DNA of 64,000 nucleotides from Candidatus Hydrogenedentota bacterium. Lineage in GTDB: Bacteria; Hydrogenedentota; Hydrogenedentia; Hydrogenedentales; JAEUWI01. Below are positions 59,669-64,000 of the stretch, in pieces. The stretch lies in assembly GCA_034669905.1 (NCBI GenBank), contig JAXMOL010000023.1, forward strand, positions 44,901 through 108,900, written 5' to 3'. The translations under genes and the position numbers were made by a program. The notes below the pieces were generated by a model that saw nothing but the letters and a program-made list of their open reading frames with translations, was not told the origin of the DNA and did not search any database. Within the stretch, counting starts at the first letter, position 1, and the number at the start of each line of letters is the position of its first letter.

Positions 59669-60700
59669 TTACGCAGCGCCGTGGGTGCGGCGCAGCTGAC
59701 CGCAGGCCGCGTCGATATCCTGACCCTTTTCCCGGCGAAGGGTGACCTTGAGTCCCCCCTCTTCCAGAATCTGGCAAAAGCGCGTGCACTGGGCCAGGGG
59801 CGTCGGGTCGTATGGCAACCCGGAAACCGGATTCCAGGGAATCAGGTTGACCGAGACCTTGAGGCCCACGCAAAATGCCAACAGCTCCCGAGCGCATTCT
59901 TCGGAATCATTGACCCCATTCAACATGGTCCACTCAAAGGTAAACTGCCGGCCTGTTTGATCGCAGTACCGGGCAATGGCGTCATGGAGACGTTCCAACG
60001 GGAACTTTCGGTTCAGGGGCACCAACTGAGAGCGAAGGTCATTGTTCGCCGCATGAAGCGAAACGCTCAAACGCACCTGCCAGTCTTCCTGGGTGAAACG
60101 CTCGATTTCCTTCACTTCCCCCACGGTCGAAACCGTGATTTTGCGGGCGCCGATGCCCATGCCATCTTCGTCCATCAGGAGACGGATGCTGGCCATCACG
60201 TTATCGTAGTTGCGCATGGGCTCCCCCATCCCCATGTAGACGATGTTGGGCGTCCGCTCGGGGTCCGGCTCATCGCGCACCATGTAAAGCACCTGCTCCA
60301 CAATTTCACCCGGGGTCAAATTGCGCGTAAAGCCCGCGAGACCGGTCGCGCAGAAGTCACACTTGAGGGCACAGCCCACCTGGGAAGAAACACAGATTGT
60401 CGTCCGCTTGCCGTCACGAATTAAGACGGACTCCACTGTTTCCCCATCGTGAAGGCGAAAGAGGGCTTTCTTTGTGCCCGTGACCTTCGACTCCTGCATC
60501 TCCATCAGCTCCAGCTGAGAAGCGGTGGCCGTCTCCGCCAACTCGGCGCGGAGAGCCTTGGAAAGGTTGGTCATTGCCTCAAAGTCAAAGACCCGTTTTT
60601 GATGGATCCATTGGAAGAGCTGGCGCCCCTGGAAAGGCTTGAGGCCCAGTTCCGTGGCCAACTCGGTTTTCGTCATACTGGAAAGTGCGCGTTTCATCAT
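59669..60700 (-). CDS. rlmN: 23S rRNA (A2503-C2)/tRNA methyltransferase RlmN (radical SAM)
   Basis: SSQVGCALKCDFC, MGMGEP, SLHA, DIDAACGQL. Confidence 0.97.
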   Translation of the reverse strand: MMKRALSSMTKTELATELGLKPFQGRQLFQWIHQKRVFDFEAMTNLSKALRAELAETATASQLELMEMQESKVTGTKKALFRLHDGETVESVLIRDGKRTTICVSSQVGCALKCDFCATGLAGFTRNLTPGEIVEQVLYMVRDEPDPERTPNIVYMGMGEPMRNYDNVMASIRLLMDEDGMGIGARKITVSTVGEVKEIERFTQEDWQVRLSVSLHAANNDLRSQLVPLNRKFPLERLHDAIARYCDQTGRQFTFEWTMLNGVNDSEECARELLAFCVGLKVSVNLIPWNPVSGLPYDPTPLAQCTRFCQILEEGGLKVTLRREKGQDIDAACGQLRRTHGAA

Positions 60701-61548
60701 TCAGTCTCTATCGGGCGTTTCCCCGAAATTTTCGTGTAGTCCTGGGCCGCCAACCCCGCTTCAACAGCGTCCAGGGAAATCGTTCCGAGGGGCGACGCCC
60801 CCTGGAGTCGGTATTCCATCCGGGTGGCCACATAGCCAATCAGCGCATCGAGGGGCGCGGGAAAAACGGATTCTACCGTGGAAGGGATGGAAACATCCTC
60901 AAATTCTTTGTATTCGGTGCACGATGTCGTCACGACTTCCCGGCCGTCCTCGTCGTACACGGTCATGGCGCGTATCCGCCAGTCGCCCACCTTTTCCACG
61001 AAAATGCGGCGCGCGACGGGACCGTTCCGCCGGGTGCGGACCGTTACGACATAGCCCGCTGGGAAATCGGGATCGGGCTCCACGGTGCTCCCTTTCGCCC
61101 CTTCCTCCCCCGGAATCGTCAACAGAAATACTTCATCCAGCAGCCGCGAGGGCGTCACCGCCATCATGACGTCGTCAAATCGGTCCCCCTCCTGCCCCAC
61201 ATAATAGGTTTTCTCGTAGGGGAGATTGAGCAGGAATTGCCCCGCCGCCACGTAGGCATAGAGACGAAACCCGGGTTTACGACACGCCATGGCGAATTGG
61301 CCGGGCGCTTCGTAATGGAGGGTTCCCCCCCGAAAGTTCTGAATTGCCGCATCGCCGGGCAGTTTCAGCCGCACGTTTCCCGTTAGCTGCAGGGATTGGA
61401 GGGCCTGGCTTCGGGCATGCAGGTCGGACAGGATTTCACCGGCCGTGGGCTGTTCACCCGGCGCTCCCCCGTCCATCCGGGGCCCATCCCGATGCACACA
61501 ACCCGCCATCAACACGGACAGCAGCAACAGGGGCAACAAGAAACGCAT
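60697..61548 (-). CDS. Lipoprotein, LolA/LolB-like fold (DUF4292-like)
   Basis: LMAGC lipobox and a beta-rich body; 4-nt overlap with rlmN. Confidence 0.65.
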   Translation of the reverse strand: MRFLLPLLLLSVLMAGCVHRDGPRMDGGAPGEQPTAGEILSDLHARSQALQSLQLTGNVRLKLPGDAAIQNFRGGTLHYEAPGQFAMACRKPGFRLYAYVAAGQFLLNLPYEKTYYVGQEGDRFDDVMMAVTPSRLLDEVFLLTIPGEEGAKGSTVEPDPDFPAGYVVTVRTRRNGPVARRIFVEKVGDWRIRAMTVYDEDGREVVTTSCTEYKEFEDVSIPSTVESVFPAPLDALIGYVATRMEYRLQGASPLGTISLDAVEAGLAAQDYTKISGKRPIETE

Positions 61549-61598
61549 GGTGAACTCTCTCGGCGGAAGGGGCTGGGAACGAAAAGACCGCTAACAGG

Positions 61599-61627
61599 TT
61601 GAACTCACCTTGTTTATGTGCTATAGT
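61599..61627 (+). promoter_or_regulatory. Putative sigma70 promoter of rpmB
   Basis: TTGAAC, 17-nt spacer, TGc-TATAGT. Confidence 0.55.
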
Positions 61628-61752
61628 TCGTCGGTCTCTTGCGTGCAAGTATATCACGCGCACCGGGGAAAACCCAATAACTACGGTACAATAACAAGCC
61701 AGTTCAGGGAAAAGCTATGTCCTGCCCGGCTTTGAGAACAAGGAGATGAACC

Positions 61753-62025
61753 ATGGCACGTGAATGTGATTATAGCGGAAAGAAACCCCACGTCGGTAAC
61801 AAGATTGTCCGCCGCGGTAAAGCCAAACGTGAAGGCGGTATCGGTCAGAACATTACCGGTATTTCCAAGCGTCGCTGGAAGCCGAACCTCCAGACGATTC
61901 GCGTCGTTGACGAAAATGGCCGCGTAAAGAAGGTCAAGGTATGCGCCCGCTACATCAAGGCTGGCAAGTTCAATAAATCCCCCCGTGGCACCCGCAAGGC
62001 GCTGCTGGCGGCGGCGAACAGCTAG
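61753..62025 (+). CDS. rpmB: 50S ribosomal protein L28
   Basis: MARECDYSGK..GN..SKRRWKPNLQ..KVCAR; AGGAG RBS. Confidence 0.97.
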   Translation: MARECDYSGKKPHVGNKIVRRGKAKREGGIGQNITGISKRRWKPNLQTIRVVDENGRVKKVKVCARYIKAGKFNKSPRGTRKALLAAANS

Positions 62026-62051
62026 ACCCATTATCTGAACACACGAATTCC

Positions 62052-62086
62052 AACCGGCGAAGCCTATCAGGTTTCGCCGGTTTTTT
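62052..62086 (+). terminator. Rho-independent terminator of rpmB
   Basis: AACCGGCGAAGCCT-ATC-AGGTTTCGCCGG stem-loop followed by T6. Confidence 0.85.
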
Positions 62087-62114
62087 GTGCCAATACGAAT
62101 CAGGCACGTCCAGC

Positions 62115-62297
62115 AGGGGGTTGACCATTCCCGGTCGACATTAGGCCCGCGCCTGTTTCTGCGGGCACGTGATGCTTGCCACGTGAGAGGAGTTTTGAAT
62201 CCCTTTACTTTGGCAATTGCCGCCCTTTCGCGAGATAACAGAGGGAGGCGCGAATATTACCGTGCCTTTTGTGTCGACCAGGAATGGTCACCCCCCT
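62115..62297. mobile_element. REPIN/MITE-like element, copy 2 (opposite orientation to copy 1)
   Basis: Arms GGGGGTTGACCATTCCCGGTCGACA and TGTCGACCAGGAATGGTCACCCCCC; the interior partly aligns to the reverse complement of 10821-10992. Confidence 0.7.
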
Positions 62298-62437
62298 TTG
62301 GTATGCTGCGGTCAGAGTTCCGAATTCCTCCAAACCGATTCAACACTGACGAGCTGGCAGTGACATAGCGCCCCTTGCAACCGCACACCCTCTTGCTCTC
62401 TAATGGACCCATGCTGCAGCAAACGGGGACCAAGGTC

Positions 62438-63808
62438 ATGAAACACCATCGAAAGCGAATACGCCGGAATTTTCGCTTGGGTCTTCTCTTCATAAGCGTC
62501 CTTGCCTTCATCGGCTTCGTCGTATTCGCCATCCGCTCGGAGCGCCAGCGTGTCGAGACCCTGGCAGCCCTCGAGTCGCCGCCCGAACTCCGCTTTCACG
62601 CCACACTGGCCGAGGCCATTACGCACCCAGGCGAGGATGAGCACCAGTCACCCCATCCAGGACTGCAACCCGCTTTGGACCGAATCGCCGCGTGGAAGAC
62701 CCTGTTTTTACGTAAACAGCAGGAAGTCGATGGCGACGAGTGGGACGCTATTTTGGAGCGTTGGTCCGAGGTCGATCTGTGGGAGAACCTGACGCCCGAG
62801 GAAGTGACCCAAATCGGTGCCTTTCTCGAAAAACACCAAAATTTCTTTATTGCGCTCCGTCAGACGGCGGCCTTGGGTGGGCCGATGGACGTGGTTCCAC
62901 CGCCGCCGGAACGCATGGATATGGAGCATCTGCGCCAAGCCCGGGATAGCGCCCGCCTGTTAAGTCTGAATGCCCTCTACCAAGCGCACGCGGGCGCGCG
63001 GGATGCCGCAATAACTGATGTGATTGCCGGGCTCCAACTTGGCAATGCCCTGGCGTCCGAGCCGTCACTCATGCCGCAATTGGTACGATTCGCCTGTACG
63101 ATGATGGCCTACCGCGCATTGATTGAGGGCTTTCCCCCCGGAGCCATCTCCCGCGCAGACCGCACCCATCTCTTGGAGCAGGTACAAAGAGACCCTGGCC
63201 GCGTCCCCATGGTTATCGCGCTGGAGGAAATGCGCCTATCCAGTGTAACTAGCCTGAATGCCTCCTTGGATTCAGGGTGGGCCGACCGCTACACGAAGAT
63301 GGAACGCAACCTCTATCTGTCCCGTTCCCCCTTTATGCAACGTTTCGGAAAGCTCGCCTACGCGAGTCCTTTGGCGCGCCCCTGGCTCAACAGAGACATC
63401 TCGGCCCTGTCCAAGGCGTCGGGCGCAATCACCGAGTTGGCCCACCTGCCCTACTACGCCGTGCTCCGGGAGTACGACCAAGCCCGCAGAAACGTTCTTC
63501 CCTATACCCGCCAGCAATCAAATAGCCTCATGACAACACTCGGTTCACAAGCCCGGCACGAGGCAGTGCTCCAACTGCTTCAGCTGGGCCTGACCTTGGA
63601 GCAATATCCCCGGCCGCCCGAATCTCTGGATACCCTCCTCGAGCACTTTCCGGAAACAACCTTGACCGACCCCTTCACGGGCCACCAATTCCACTACAAA
63701 CCTGACGGGGATATCTTCCTGCTCTACAGTGTGGGAACCAATCTTACCGATGATGGGGGCCATCATGACTTCAATGAGGGTGACATTGTCTGGCGTAGCA
63801 CGTGGTGA
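62438..63808 (+). CDS. Membrane-anchored helical protein with C-terminal GspG/pseudopilin-like motif
   Basis: Basic N-terminus + TM; C-terminal PESLDTL..DPFTG..FHY..FLLYSVGTN..DDGG..GDIVW. Confidence 0.75.
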   Translation: MKHHRKRIRRNFRLGLLFISVLAFIGFVVFAIRSERQRVETLAALESPPELRFHATLAEAITHPGEDEHQSPHPGLQPALDRIAAWKTLFLRKQQEVDGDEWDAILERWSEVDLWENLTPEEVTQIGAFLEKHQNFFIALRQTAALGGPMDVVPPPPERMDMEHLRQARDSARLLSLNALYQAHAGARDAAITDVIAGLQLGNALASEPSLMPQLVRFACTMMAYRALIEGFPPGAISRADRTHLLEQVQRDPGRVPMVIALEEMRLSSVTSLNASLDSGWADRYTKMERNLYLSRSPFMQRFGKLAYASPLARPWLNRDISALSKASGAITELAHLPYYAVLREYDQARRNVLPYTRQQSNSLMTTLGSQARHEAVLQLLQLGLTLEQYPRPPESLDTLLEHFPETTLTDPFTGHQFHYKPDGDIFLLYSVGTNLTDDGGHHDFNEGDIVWRSTW

Positions 63809-63828
63809 GGGTGGGTGTCGCGACAAGA

Positions 63829-63864
63829 AAGGACCTAAACGACGAAAACGACGTAAAGGACACC
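63829..63864. repeat. Four degenerate 9-nt tandem units (AAGGACCTA AACGACGAA AACGACGTA AAGGACACC)
   Basis: GAC recurs at 63832, 63841, 63850 and 63859. Confidence 0.5.
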
Positions 63865-64000
63865 TTTCTTAGAATCTTGCAGCCAAGGGAATTATCTCCG
63901 GCTTTTACCGGTTAAATCCTGTGGGAGCGGGCTCAGATTCATAAACTAAGTGCAATGTTTTGGCCTAGCGTCCTAATTGCTGTTCTCTTCCGGTTCGCTG

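Overview
GC-rich bacterial chromosomal segment. The gene repertoire (PVC-type CxxCH protein, DUF1559-like pilin domains, four Tat-exported Gfo/Idh/MocA oxidoreductases, L28 with an RRGKAK-GG insert) suggests Candidatus Hydrogenedentota or a PVC-like lineage; this is an inference. The left ~37 kb is accessory: secreted carbohydrate-active proteins, hydrolases, oxidoreductases and sensors. The right ~27 kb is mostly housekeeping: zapA, pheST, yggS, a PilGHI-like ABC trio, pgl-zwf, recA-AsmA-SPOR-panE, rlmN and rpmB. I saw no rRNA, tRNA, CRISPR array, integrase or transposase. Highlights: (1) an orphan three-gene cassette resembling contractile-injection (T6SS/eCIS) cargo, made of a DUF4123-C-terminus-like adaptor, a protein with three VgrG-tail/transthyretin-like repeats and a Tle1/DUF2235-like lipase; (2) a zwf that resembles plant plastid G6PDH, including the Cys-x7-Cys-x10-Cys pattern used for thioredoxin regulation; (3) a two-copy REPIN/MITE-like element, a 10-2-2-10 heptamer G-tract array and other intergenic repeat families; (4) degenerate DUF1559/pilin-like paralogs, one carrying a C-terminal tail captured from its neighbour by tandem duplication; (5) a Zn-finger protein with 44 consecutive Asp. 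All family assignments come from motif recognition by eye; no database search was run.
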